Of a stretch of DNA of 64,000 bases, positions 38,401-52,500 are shown piece after piece. Source of the stretch: Eledone cirrhosa (taxonomy: Eukaryota). The position numbers were made by a program, and so were the translations under genes. Positions within the stretch are counted from its first letter, which is position 1, and each line of letters opens with the position of its first letter. The stretch is taken from positions 209,250,001 through 209,314,000 of the forward strand of contig OZ024741.1 of the NCBI GenBank assembly GCA_964016885.1, read 5' to 3'. The notes under the pieces were generated by a model. It searched no databases and was not told where the DNA came from. It worked only from the letters and a program-made list of their open reading frames with translations.

Positions 38401-41400
38401 TTTCGATTCTCGATCGTGGGCCGGCCGGATGTCGGATCGATTCGTTAATACAAGGATAATGTGCGGACACTCCTTGCCTGTGTGCCGCATGATTTTCAGG
38501 ACGATATCTCCGTAAAATCAAGAGTTGATAACCCCAACTTAACTTAACCCCAACTTAACTTAACCGCAACTTAACTTAACCGCAACCTAACTTAACCCCA
38601 ACTTAACTTAACCGCAACCTAACTTAACCCCAACTTAACTTAACCGCAACTTAACTTAACCCCAACCTAACTTAACCCCAACTTAACTTAACCGCAACTT
38701 AACTTAACCGCAACCTAACTTAACCCCAGCTTAACTTAACCGCAACTTAACTTAACCGCAACTTAGCTTAACCCCAACCCTTGGTGGGATCGATCTGTAA
38801 TTACTGGTACATGTGCAGACACTCATTGGCTGTGTGTGGCCTGATTTTCAGAAAGATATCTCCGTAAAATAACGAGTGGTGGCTGCGTAAAATAATGAAT
38901 TACGCACGAAAATGAGAAAATTTCGATTCTCGATCGTGGGCCGGCCGGATGTCGCATCGATTCGTAAATAGAAGGATAATGTGCGGACACTCCTTGGCTG
39001 TGTGCGGCATGATTTTCAGGACGATATTTCCGTAAAATCAAGAGTTGATAACCCCAACTTAACTTAACCCCAACTTAACTTAACCCCAACTTAACTCAAC
39101 CCCAACTTAACTTAACCGCAACTTAACTTAACCGCAACCTAACTTAACCCCAACTTAACTTAACCGCAACCTAACTTAACCACAACTTAACTTAACCGCA
39201 ACTTAACTTAACCCCAACCTAACTTAACCCCAACTTAACTTAACCGCAACTTAACTTAACCGCAACCTAACTTAACCCCAAACTTAACTTAACCGCAACT
39301 TAACTTAACCGCAACTTAGCTTAACCCCAACCCTTGGTGGGATCGATCTGTAATTACTGGTACATGTGCAGACACTCATTGGCTGTGTGTGGCCTGATTT
39401 TCAGAAAGATATCTCCGTAAAATAACGAGTGGTGGCTGCGTAAAATAATGAATTACACACGAAAATGAGAAAATTTCGATTCTCGATCGTGGGCCGGCTG
39501 GTTGTCGGATCGATTCGTAAATACAAGGATAATGTGCGGACACTCCTTGCCTGTGTGCCGCATGATTTTCAGGACGATATCTCCGTAAAATCAAGAGTTG
39601 ATAACCCCAACTTAACTTAACCCCAACTTAACTTAACCGCAACTTAACTTAACCGCAACTTAACTTAACCGCAACCTAACTTAACCCCAACTTAACTTAA
39701 CCGCAACCTAACTTAACCCCAACTTAACTTAACCCCAACCTAACTTAACCCCAACTTAACTTAACCGCAACTTAACTTAACCGCAACCTAACTTAACCCC
39801 AACTTAACTTAACCGCAACTTAACTTAACCGCAACTTAGCTTAACCCCAACCCTTAGTGGGATCGATCTGTAATTACTGGTACATGTGCAGACACTCATT
39901 GGCTGTGTGTGGCCTGATTTTCAGAAAGATATCTCCGTAAAATAACGAGTGGTGGCTGCGTAAAATAATGAATTACGCACGAAAATGAGAAAATTTCGAT
40001 TCTCGATCGTGGGCCGGCTGGTTGTCGGATCGATTCGTAAATACAAGCATAATGTGCGGACACTCCTTGCCTGTGTGCCGCATGATTTTCAGGACGATAT
40101 CTCCGTAAAATCAAGAGTTGATAACCCCAACTTAACTTAACCCCAACTTAACTTAACCGCAACTTAACTTAACCGCAACCTAACTTAACCCCAACTTAAC
40201 TTAACCGCAACCTAACTTAACCCCAACTTAACTTAACCGCAACTTAACTTAACCCCAACCTAACTTAACCCCAACTTAACTTAACCGCAACTTAACTTAA
40301 CCGCAACCTAACTTAACCCCAGCTTAACTTAACCGCAACTTAACTTAACCGCAACTTAGCTTAACCCCAACCCTTGGTGGGATCGATCTGTAATTACTGG
40401 TACATGTGCAGACACTCATTGGCTGTGTGTGGCCTGATTTTCAGAAAGATATCTCCGTAAAATAACGAGTGGTGGCTGCGTAAAATAATGAATTACGCAC
40501 GAAAATGAGAAAATTTCGATTCTCGATCGTGGGCCGGCCGGATGTCGCATCGATTCGTAAATAGAAGGATAATGTGCGGACACTCCTTGGCTGTGTGCGG
40601 CATGATTTTCAGGACGATATTTCCGTAAAATCAAGAGTTGATAACCCCAACTTAACTTAACCCCAACTTAACTTAACCCCAACTTAACTTAACCCCAACT
40701 TAACTTAACCGCAACTTAACTTAACCGAAACCTAACTTAACCCCAACTTAACTTAACCGCAACCTAACTTAACCACAACTTAACTTAACCGCAACTTAAC
40801 TTAACCGCAACCTAACTTAACCCCAACTTAACTTAACCGCAACCTAACTTAACCCCAACTTAGCTTAACCGCAACTTAACTTAACCCCAACCTAACTTAA
40901 CCCCAACTTAACTTAACCGCAACTTAACTTAACCGCAACCTAACTTAACCCCAACTTAACTTAACCGCAACTTAACTTAAACGCAACTTAGCTTAACCCC
41001 AACCCTTGGTGGGATCGATCTGTAATTACTGGTACATGTGCAGACACTCATTGGCTGTGTGTGGCCTGATTTTCAGAAAGATATCTCCGTAAAATAACGA
41101 GTGGTGGCTGCGTAAAATAATGAATTACGCACGAAAATGAGAAAATTTCGATTCTCGATCGTGGGCCGGCCGGATGTCGGATCGATTCGTAAATACAAGG
41201 ATAATGTGCGGACACTCCTTGGCTGTGTGCGGCATGATTTTCAGGACGATATCTCCGTAAAATCAAGAGTTGATAACCCCAACTTAACTTAACCCCAACT
41301 TAACTTAACCGCAACTTAACTTAACCGCAACCTAACTTAACCCCAACTTAACTTAACCGCAACCTAACTTAACCCCAACTTAACTTAACCGCAACTTAAC

Positions 41401-44400
41401 TTAACCCCAACCTAACTTAACCCCAACTTAACTTAACCGCAACTTAACTTAACCGCAACCTAACTTAACCCTAACTTAACTTAACCGCAACTTAACTTAA
41501 CCGCAACTTAGCTTAACCCCAACCCTTGGTGGGATCGATCTGTAATTACTGGTACATGTGCAGACACTCATTGGCTGTGTGTGGCCTGATTTTCAGAAAG
41601 ATATCTCCGTAAAATAACGAGTGGTGGCTGCGTAAATTAATGAATTACGCACGAAAATGAGAAAATTTCGATTCTCGATCGTGGGCCGGCCGGATGTCGG
41701 ATCGATTCGTAAATACAAGGATAATGTGCGGACACTCCTTGCCTGTGTGCCGCATGATTTTCAGGACGATATCTCCGTAAAATCAAGAGTTGATAACCCC
41801 AACTTAACTTAACCCCAACTTAACTTAACCGCAACTTAACTTAACCCCAACCTAACTTAACCCCAACTTAACTTAACCGCAACTTAACTTAACCGCAACC
41901 TAACTTAACCCCAACTTAACTTAACCGCAACTTAACTTAACCGCAACTTAGCTTAACCCCAACCCTTGTGGGGATCGATCTGTAATTACTGTTACATGTG
42001 CAGACACTCATTGGCTGTGTGTGGCCTGATTTTCAGAAAGATATCTCCGTAAAATAACGAGTGGTGGCTGCGTAAAATAATGAATTATGCACGAAAATGA
42101 GAAAATTTCGATTCTCGATCGTGGGCCGGCCGGATGTCGGATCGATTCGTAAATACAAGGATAATGTGCGGACACTCCTTGGCTGTGTGCGGCATGATTT
42201 TCAGGACGATATCTCCGTAAAATCAAGAGTTGATAACCCCAACTTAACTTAACCGCAACTTAACTTAACCGCAACCTAACTTAACCCTAACTTAACTTAA
42301 CCGCAACTTAACCTAACCGCAACTTAGCTTAACCCCAACCCTTGGTGGGATCTATCTGTAATTACTGGTACATGTGCAGACACTCATTGGCTGTGTGTGG
42401 CCTGATTTTAAGAAAGATATCTCCGTAAAATAACGAGTGGTGGCTGCGTAAAATAATGAATTACGCACGAAAATGAGAAAATTTCGATTCTCGATCGTGA
42501 GCCGGCCGGATGTCGGATCGATTCGTAAATACAAGGATAATGTGCGGACACTCCTTGCCTGTGTGCCGCATGATTTTCAGGACGATATCTCCGTAAAATC
42601 AAGAGTTGATAACCCCAACTTAACTTAACCCCAACTTAACTTAACCGCAACTTAACTTAACCGCAACCTAACTTAACCCCAACTTAACTTAACCGCAACC
42701 TAACTTAACCCCAACTTAACTTAACCGCAACTTAACTTAACCCCAACCTAACTTAACCCCAACTTAACTTAACCGCAACTTAACTTAACCGCAACCTAAC
42801 TTAACCCCAACTTAACTTAACCGCAACTTAACTTAACCGCAACTTAGCTTAACCCCAACCCTTGGTGGGATCGATCTGTAATTACTGGTACATGTGCAGA
42901 CACTCATTGGCTGTGTGTGGCCTGATTTTCAGAAAGATATCTCCGTAAAATAACGAGTGGTGGCTGCGTAAAATAATGAATTACGCACGAAAATGAGAAA
43001 ATTTCGATTCTCGATCGTGGGCCGGCCGGATGTCGGATCGATTCGTAAATACAAGGATAATGTGCGGACACTCCTTGCCTGTGAGCCGCATGATTTTCAG
43101 GACGATATCTCCGTAAAATCAAGAGTTGATAACCCCAACTTAACTTAACCCCAACTTAACTTAACCGCAACTTAACTTAACCGCAACCTAACTGAACCCC
43201 AACTTAACTTAACCGCAACCTAACTTAACCCCAACTTAACTTAACCGCAACTTAACTTAACCCCAACCTAACTTAACCCCAACTTAACTTAACGGCAACT
43301 TAACTTAACCGCAACCTAACTTAACCCCAACTTAACTTAACCGCAACTTAACTTAACCGCAACTTAGCTTAACCCCAACCCTTGGTGGGATCGATCTGTA
43401 ATTACTGGTACATGTGCAGACACTCATTGGCTGTGTGTGGTGGCCTGATTTTCAGAAAGATATCTCCGTAAAATAACGAGTGGTGGCTGCGTAAAATAAT
43501 GAATTACGCACGAAAATGAGAAAATTTCGATTCTCGATCGTGGGCCGGCCGGATGTCGGATCGATTCGTTAATACAAGGATAATGTGCGGACACTCCTTG
43601 CCTGTGTGCCGCATGATTTTCAGGACGATATCTCCGTAAAATCAAGAGTTGATAACCCCAACTTAACTTAACCCCAACTTAACTTAACCGCAACTTAACT
43701 TAACCGCAACCTAACTTAACCCCAACTTAACTTAACCGCAACCTAACTTAACCCCAACTTAACTTAACCGCAACTTAACTTAACCCCAACCTAACTTAAC
43801 CCCAACTTAACTTAACCGCAACTTAACTTAACCGCAACCTAACTTAACCCCAGCTTAACTTAACCGCAACTTAACTTAACCGCAACTTAGCTTAACCCCA
43901 ACCCTTGGTGGGATCGATCTGTAATTACTGGTACATGTGCAGACACTCATTGGCTGTGTGTGGCCTGATTTTCAGAAAGATATCTCCGTAAAATAACGAG
44001 TGGTGGCTGCGTAAAATAATGAATTACGCACGAAAATGAGAAAATTTCGATTCTCGATCGTGGGCCGGCCGGATGTCGCATCGATTCGTAAATAGAAGGA
44101 TAATGTGCGGACACTCCTTGGCTGTGTGCGGCATGATTTTCAGGACGATATTTCCGTAAAATCAAGAGTTGATAACCCCAACTTAACTTAACCCCAACTT
44201 AACTTAACCCCAACTTAACTCAACCACAACTTAACTTAACCGCAACTTAACTTAACCCCAACCTAACTTAACCCCAACTTAACTTAACCGCAACTTAACT
44301 TAACCGCAACCTAACTTAACCCCAAACTTAACTTAACCGCAACTTAACTTAACCGCAACTTAGCTTAACCCCAACCCTTGGTGGGATCGATCTGTAATTA

Positions 44401-44650
44401 CTGGTACATGTGCAGACACTCATTGGCTGTGTGTGGCCTGATTTTCAGAAAGATATCTCCGTAAAATAACGAGTGGTGGCTGCGTAAAATAATGAATTAC
44501 ACACGAAAATGAGAAAATTTCGATTCTCGATCGTGGGCCGGCTGGTTGTCGGATCGATTCGTAAATACAAGGATAATGTGCGGACACTCCTTGCCTGTGT
44601 GCCGCATGATTTTCAGGACGATATCTCCGTAAAATCAAGAGTTGATAACC
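32450..44650 (+). repeat. Mosaic of dispersed block duplications: ~32450-35530 recurs at +7156/+7076, and ~37110-39600 recurs at +5124/+5044
   Basis: ORF ends 32958/40114, 33478/40634, 34110/41266, 35150/42226; 37478/42602, 37998/43122, 38521/43645, 39041/44165. Shared variants caagcata, cgtgagcc, ctgtgagcc, aacggc and +3-bp gtggtggcc. Confidence 0.85.
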
Positions 44651-46560
44651 CCAACTTAACTTAACCCCAACTTAACTTAACCGCAACTTAACTTAACAGC
44701 AACCTAACTTAACCCCAACTTAACTTAACCGCAACCTAACTTAACCCCAACTTAACTTAACCGCAACTTAACTTAACCCCAACCTAACTTAACCCCAACT
44801 TAACTTAACCGCAACTTAACTTAACCGCAACCTAACTTAACCCCAGCTTAACTTAACCGCAACTTAACTTAACCGCAACTTAGCTTAACCCCAACCCTTG
44901 GTGGGATCGATCTGTAATTACTGGTACATGTGCAGACACTCATTGGCTGTGTGTGGCCTGATTTTCAGAAAGATATCTCCGTAAAATAACGAGTGGTGGC
45001 TGCGTAAAATAATGAATTACGCACGAAAATGAGAAAATTTCGATTCTCGATCGTGGGCCGGCCGGATGTCGCATCGATTCGTAAATAGAAGGATAATGTG
45101 CGGACACTCCTTGGCTGTGTGCGGCATGATTTTCAGGACGATATTTCCGTAAAATCAAGAGTTGATAACCCCAACTTAACTTAACCCCAACTTAACTTAA
45201 CCCCAACTTAACTTAACCCCAACTTAACTTAACCGCAACTTAACTTAACCGCAACCTAACTTAACCCCAACTTAACTTAACCGCAACCTAACTTAACCAC
45301 AACTTAACTTAACCGCAACTTAACTTAACCCCAACCTAACTTAACCCCAACTTAACTTAACCGCAACTTAACTTAACCGCAACCTAACTTAACCCCCACT
45401 TAACTTAACCGCAACTTAACTTAACCGCAACTTAGCTTAACCCCAACGCTTGGTGGGATCGATCTGTAATTACTGGTACATGTGCAGACACTCATTGGCT
45501 GTGTGTGGCCTGATTTTCAGAAAGATATCTCCGTAAAATAACGAGTGGTGGCTGCGTAAAATAATGAATTACACACGAAAATGAGAAAATTTCGATTCTC
45601 GATCGTGGGCCGGCTGGTTGTCGGATCGATTCGTAAATACAAGGATAATGTGCGGACACTCCTTGCCTGTGTGCCGCATGATTTTCAGGACGATATCTCC
45701 GTAAAATCAAGAGTTGATAACCCCAACTTAACTTAACCCCAACTTAACTTAACCGCAACTTAACTTAACAGCAACCTAACTTAACCCCAACTTAACTTAA
45801 CCGCAACCTAACTTAACCCCAACTTAACTTAACCGCAACTTAACTTAACCCCAACCTAACTTAACCCCAACTTAACTTAACCGCAACTTAACTTAACCGC
45901 AACCTAACTTAACCCCAGCTTAACTTAACCGCAACTTAACTTAACCGCAACTTAGCTTAACCCCAACCCTTGGTGGGATCGATCTGTAATTACTGGTACA
46001 TGTGCAGACACTCATTGGCTGTGTGTGGCCTGATTTTCAGAAAGATATCTCCGTAAAATAACGAGTGGTGGCTGCGTAAAATAATGAATTACGCACGAAA
46101 ATGAGAAAATTTCGATTCTCGATCGTGGGCCGGCCGGATGTCGCATCGATTCGTAAATAGAAGGATAATGTGCGGACACTCCTTGGCTGTGTGCGGCATG
46201 ATTTTCAGGACGATATTTCCGTAAAATCAAGAGTTGATAACCCCAACTTAACTTAACCCCAACTTAACTTAACCCCAACTTAACTTAACCCCAACTTAAC
46301 TTAACCGCAACTTAACTTAACCGCAACCTAACTTAACCCCAACTTAACTTAACCGCAACCTAACTTAACCACAACTTAACTTAACCGCAACTTAACTTAA
46401 CCCCAACCTAACTTAACCCCAACTTAACTTAACCGCAACTTAACTTAACCGCAACCTAACTTAACCCCCACTTAACTTAACCGCAACTTAACTTAACCGC
46501 AACTTAGCTTAACCCCAACGCTTGGTGGGATCGATCTGTAATTACTGGTACATGTGCAGA
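44420..46560 (+). repeat. Tandem duplication of a 2-monomer block, period 1072 bp
   Basis: ORF ends 44638/45710 and 45158/46230. Rare variants aacagc (~44698 and ~45770) and caacgctt (~45448 and ~46520). Confidence 0.88.
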
Positions 46561-49500
46561 CACTCATTGGCTGTGTGTGGCCTGATCTTCAGAAAGATAT
46601 CTCCGTAAAATAACGAGTGGTGGCTGCGTAAAATAATGAATTACGCACGAAAATGAGAAAATTTCGATTCTCGATCGTGGGCCGGCCGGATGTCGGATCG
46701 ATTCGTAAATACAAGGATAATGTGCGGACACTCCTTGGCTGTGTGCGGCATGATTTTCAGGACGATATCTCCGTAAAATCAAGAGTTGATAACCCCAACT
46801 TAACTTAACCCCAACTTAACTTAACCGCAACTTAACTTAACCGCAACCTAACTTAACCCCAACTTAACTTAACCGCAACCTAACTTAACCCCAACTTAAC
46901 TTAACCGCAACTTAACTTAACCCCAACCTAACTTAACCCCAACTTAACTTAACCGCAACTTAACTTAACCGCAACCTAACTTAACCCCAACTTAACTTAA
47001 CCGCAACTTAACTTAACCGCAACTTAGCTTAACCCCAACCCTTGGTGGGATCGATCTGTAATTACTGGTACATGTGCAGACACTCATTGGCTGTGTGTGG
47101 CCTGATTTTCAGAAAGATATCTCCGTAAAATAACGAGTGGTGGCTGCGTAAAATAATGAATTACGCACGAAAATGAGAAAATTTCGATTCTCGATCGTGG
47201 GCCGGCCGGATGTCGGATCGATTCGTAAATACAAGGATAATGTGCGGACACTCCTTGCCTGTGTGCCGCATGATTTTCAGGACGATATCTCCGTAAAATC
47301 AAGAGTTGATAACCCCAACTTAACTTAACCCCAACTTAACTTAACCGCAACTTAACTTAACCGCAACCTAACTTAACCCCAACTTAACTTAACCGCAACC
47401 TAACTTAACCCCAACTTAACTTAACCGCAACTTAACTTAACCCCAACCTAACTTAACCCCAACTTAACTTAACCGCAACTTAACTTAACCGCAACCTAAC
47501 TTAACCCCAACTTAACTTAACCGCAACTTAACTTAACCGCAACTTAGCTTAACCCCAACCCTTGGTGGGATCGATCTGTAATTACTGGTACATGTGCAGA
47601 CACTCATTGGCTGTGTGTGGCCTGATTTTCAGATAGATATCTCCGTAAAATAACGAGTGGTGGCTGCGTAAAATAATGAATTACGCACGAAAATGAGAAA
47701 ATTTCGATTCTCGATCGTGGGCCGGCCGGATGTCGGATCGATTCGTAAATACAAGGATAATGTGCGGACACTCCTTGGCTGTGTGCGGCATGATTTTCAG
47801 GACGATATCTCCGTAAAATCAAGAGTTGATAACCCCAACTTAACTTAACCCCAACTTAACTTAACCGCAACTTAACTTAACCGCAACCTAACTTAACCCC
47901 AACTTAACTTAACCGCAACCTAACTTAACCCCAACTTAACTTAACCGCAACTTAACTTAACCCCAACCTAACTTAACCCCAACTTAACTTAACCGCAACT
48001 TAACTTAACCGCAACTTAGCTTAACCCCAACCCTTGGTGGGATCGATCTGTAATTACTGGTACATGTGCAGACACTCATTGGCTGTGTGTGGCCTGATTT
48101 TCAGAAAGATATCTCCGTAAAATAACGAGTGGTGGCTGCGTAAAATAATGAATTACGCACGAAAATGAGAAAATTTCGATTCTCGATCGTGGGCCGGCCG
48201 GATGTCGGATCGATTCGTAAATACAAGGATAATGTGCGGACACTCCTTGGCTGTGTGCGGCATGATTTTCAGGACGATATCTCCGTAAAATCAAGAGTTG
48301 ATAACCCCAACTTAACTTAACCCCAACTTAACTTAACCGCAACTTAACTTAACCGCAACCTAACTTAACCCCAACTTAACTTAACCGCAACCTAACTTAA
48401 CCCCAACTTAACTTAACCGCAACTTAACTTAACCCCAACCTAACTTAACCCCAACTTAACTTAACCGCAACTTAACTTAACCGCAACCTAACTTAACCCC
48501 AACTTAACTTAACCGCAACTTAACTTAACCGCAACTTAGCTTAACCCCAACCCTTGGTGGGATCGATCTGTAATTACTGGTACATGTGCAGACACTCATT
48601 GGCTGTGTGTGGCCTGATTTTCAGATAGATATCTCCGTAAAATAACGAGTGGTGGCTGCGTAAAATAATGAATTACGCACGAAAATGAGAAAATTTCGAT
48701 TCTCGATCGTGGGCCGGCCGGATGTCGGATCGATTCGTAAATACAAGGATAATGTGCGGACACTCCTTGGCTGTGTGCGGCATGATTTTCAGGACGATAT
48801 CTCCGTAAAATCAAGAGTTGATAACCCCAACTTAACTTAACCCCAACTTAACTTAACCGCAACTTAACTTAACCGCAACTTAACTTAACCGCAACCTAAC
48901 TTAACCCCAACTTAACTTAACCGCAACCTAACTTAACCCCAACTTAACTTAACCCCAACCTAACTTAACCCCAACTTAACTTAACCGCAACTTAACTTAA
49001 CCGCAACCTAACTTAACCCCAACTTAACTTAACCGCAACTTAGCTGAACCCCAACCCTTAGTGGGATCGATCTGTAATTACTGGTACATGTGCAGACACT
49101 CATTGGCTGTGTGTGGCCTGATTTTCAGAAAGATATCTCCGTAAAATAACGAGTGGTGGCTGCGTAAAATAATGAATTACGCACGAAAATGAGAAAATTT
49201 CGATTCTCGATCGTGGGCCGGCTGGTTGTCGGATCGATTCGTATTCGTAAATACAAGGATAATGTGCGGACACTCCTTGCCTGTGTGCCGCATGATTTTC
49301 AGGACGATATCTCCGTAAAATCAAGAGTTGATAACCCCAACTTAACTTAACCCCAACTTAACTTAACCCCAACTTAACTTAACCCCAACTTAACTTAACC
49401 GCAACTTAACTTAACCGCAACCTAACTTAACCCCAACTTAACTTAACCGCAACCTAACTTAACCACAACTTAACTTAACCGCAACTTAACTTAACCCCAA

Positions 49501-52500
49501 CCTAACTTAACCCCAACTTAACTTAACCGCAACTTAACTTAACCGCAACCTAACTTAACCCCAACTTAACTTAACCGCAACTTAGCTTAACCCCAACCCT
49601 TGGTGGGATCGATCTGTAATTACTGGTACATGTGCAGACACTCATTGGCTGTGTGTGGCCTGATTTTCAGAAAGATATCTCCGTAAAATAACGAGTGGTG
49701 GCTGCGTAAAATAATGAATTACGCACGAAAATGAGAAAATTTCGATTCTCGATCGTGGGCCGGCCGGATGTCGGATCGATTCGTAAATACAAGGATAATG
49801 TGCGGACACTCCTTGCCTGTGTGCCGCATGATTTTCAGGACGATATCTCCGTAAAATCAAGAGTTGATAACCCCAACTTAACTTAACCCCAACTTAACTT
49901 AACCGCAACTTAACTTAACCGCAACCTAACTTAACCCCAACTTAACTTAACCGCAACCTAACTTAACCCCAACTTAACTTAACCGCAACTTAACTTAACC
50001 CCAACCTAACTTAACCCCAACTTAACTTAACCGCAACTTAACTTAACCGCAACCTAACTTAACCCCAACTTAACTTAACCGCAACTTAACTTAACCGCAA
50101 CTTAGCTTAACCCCAACCCTTGGTGGGATCGATCTGTAATTACTGGTACATGTGCAGACACTCATTGGCTGTGTGTGGCCTGATTTTCAGATAGATATCT
50201 CCGTAAAATAACGAGTGGTGGCTGCGTAAAATAATGAATTACGCACGAAAATGAGAAAATTTCGATTCTCGATCGTGGGCCGGCCGGATGTCGGATCGAT
50301 TCGTAAATACAAGGATAATGTGCGGACACTCCTTGGCTGTGTGCGGCATGATTTTCAGGACGATATCTCCGTAAAATCAAGAGTTGATAACCCCAACTTA
50401 ACTTAACCCCAACTTAACTTAACCGCAACTTAACTTAACCGCAACTTAACTTAACCGCAACCTAACTTAACCCCAACTTAACTTAACCGCAACCTAACTT
50501 AACCCCAACTTAACTTAACCCCAACCTAACTTAACCCCAACTTAACTTAACCGCAACTTAACTTAACCGCAACCTAACTTAACCCCAACTTAACTTAACC
50601 GCAACTTAACTTAACCGCAACTTAGCTTAACCCCAACCCTTAGTGGGATCGATCTGTAATTACTGGTACATGTGCAGACACTCATTGGCTGTGTGTGGCC
50701 TGATTTTCAGAAAGATATCTCCGTAAAATAACGAGTGGTGGCTGCGTAAAATAATGAATTACGCACGAAAATGAGAAAATTTAGATTCTCGATCGTGGGC
50801 CGGCCGGATGTCTGATCGATTCGTAAATACAAGGATAATGTGCGGACACTCCTTGGCTGTGTGTGGCATGATTTTCAGGACGATATCTCCGTAAAATCAA
50901 GAGTTGATAACCCCAACTTAACTTAACCCCAACTTAACTTAACCGCAACTTAACTTAACCGCAACCTAACTTAACCCCAACTTAACTTAACCGCAACCTA
51001 ACTTAACCCCAACTTAACTTAACCGCAACTTAACTTAACCCCAACCTAACTTAACCCCAACTTAACTTAACCGCAACTTAACTTAACCGCAACCTAACTT
51101 AACCCCAACTTAACTTAACCGCAACTTAACTTAACCGCAACTTAGCTTAACCCCAACCCTTGGTGGGATCGATCTGTAATTACTGGTACATGTGCAGACA
51201 CTCATTGGCTGTGTGTGGCCTGATTTTCAGAAAGATATCTCCGTAAAATAACGAGTGGTGGCTGCGTAAAATAATGAATTACGCACGAAAATGAGAAAAT
51301 TTCGATTCTCGATCGTGGGCCGGCCGGATGTCGCATCGATTCGTAAATAGAAGGATAATGTGCGGACACTCCTTGGCTGTGTGCGGCATGATTTTCAGGA
51401 CGATATTTCCGTAAAATCAAGAGTTGATAACCCCAACTTAACTTAACCCCAAATTAACTTAACCCCAACTTAACTTAACCGCAACTTAACTTAACCGCAA
51501 CCTAACTTAACCCCAACTTAACTTAACCGCAACCTAACTTAACCACAACTTAACTTAACCGCAACTTAACTTAACCGCAACCTAACTTAACCCCAACTTA
51601 ACTTAACCGCAACCTAACTTAACCCCAACTTAACTTAACCGCAACTTAACTTAACCCCAACCTAACTTAACCCCAACTTAACTTAACCGCAACTTAACTT
51701 AACCGCAACTTAGCTTAACCCCAACCCTTGGTGGGATCTATCTGTAATTACTGGTACATGTGCAGACACTCATTGGCTGTGTGTGGCCTGATTTTAAGAA
51801 AGATATCTCCGTAAAATAACGAGTGGTGGCTGCGTAAAATAATGAATTACGCACGAAAATGAGAAAATTTCGATTCTCGATCGTGGGCCGGCCGGATGTC
51901 GGATCGATTCGTTAATACAAGGATAATGTGCGGACACTCCTTGCCTGTGTGCCGCATGATTTTCAGGACGATATCTCCGTAAAATCAAGTGTTGATAACC
52001 CCAACTTAACTTAACCCCAACTTAACTTAACCGCAACTTAACTTAACCGCAACCTAACTTAACCCCAACTTAACTTAACCGCAACCTAACTTAACCCCAA
52101 CTTAACTTAACCGCAACTTAACTTAACCCCAACCTAACTTAACCCCAACTTAACTTAACCGCAACTTAACTTAACCGCAACCTAACTTAACCCCAGCTTA
52201 ACTTAACCGCAACTTAACTTAACCGCAACTTAGCTTAACCCCAACCCTTGGTGGGATCGATCTGTAATTACTGGTACATGTGCAGACACTCATTGGCTGT
52301 GTGTGGCCTGATTTTCAGAAAGATATCTCCGTAAAATAACGAGTGGTGGCTGCGTAAAATAATGAATTACGCACGAAAATGAGAAAATTTCGATTCTCGA
52401 TCGTGGGCCGGCCGGATGTCGCATCGATTCGTAAATGGAAGGATAATGTGCGGACACTCCTTGGCTGTGTGCGGCATGATTTTCAGGACGATATTTCCGT

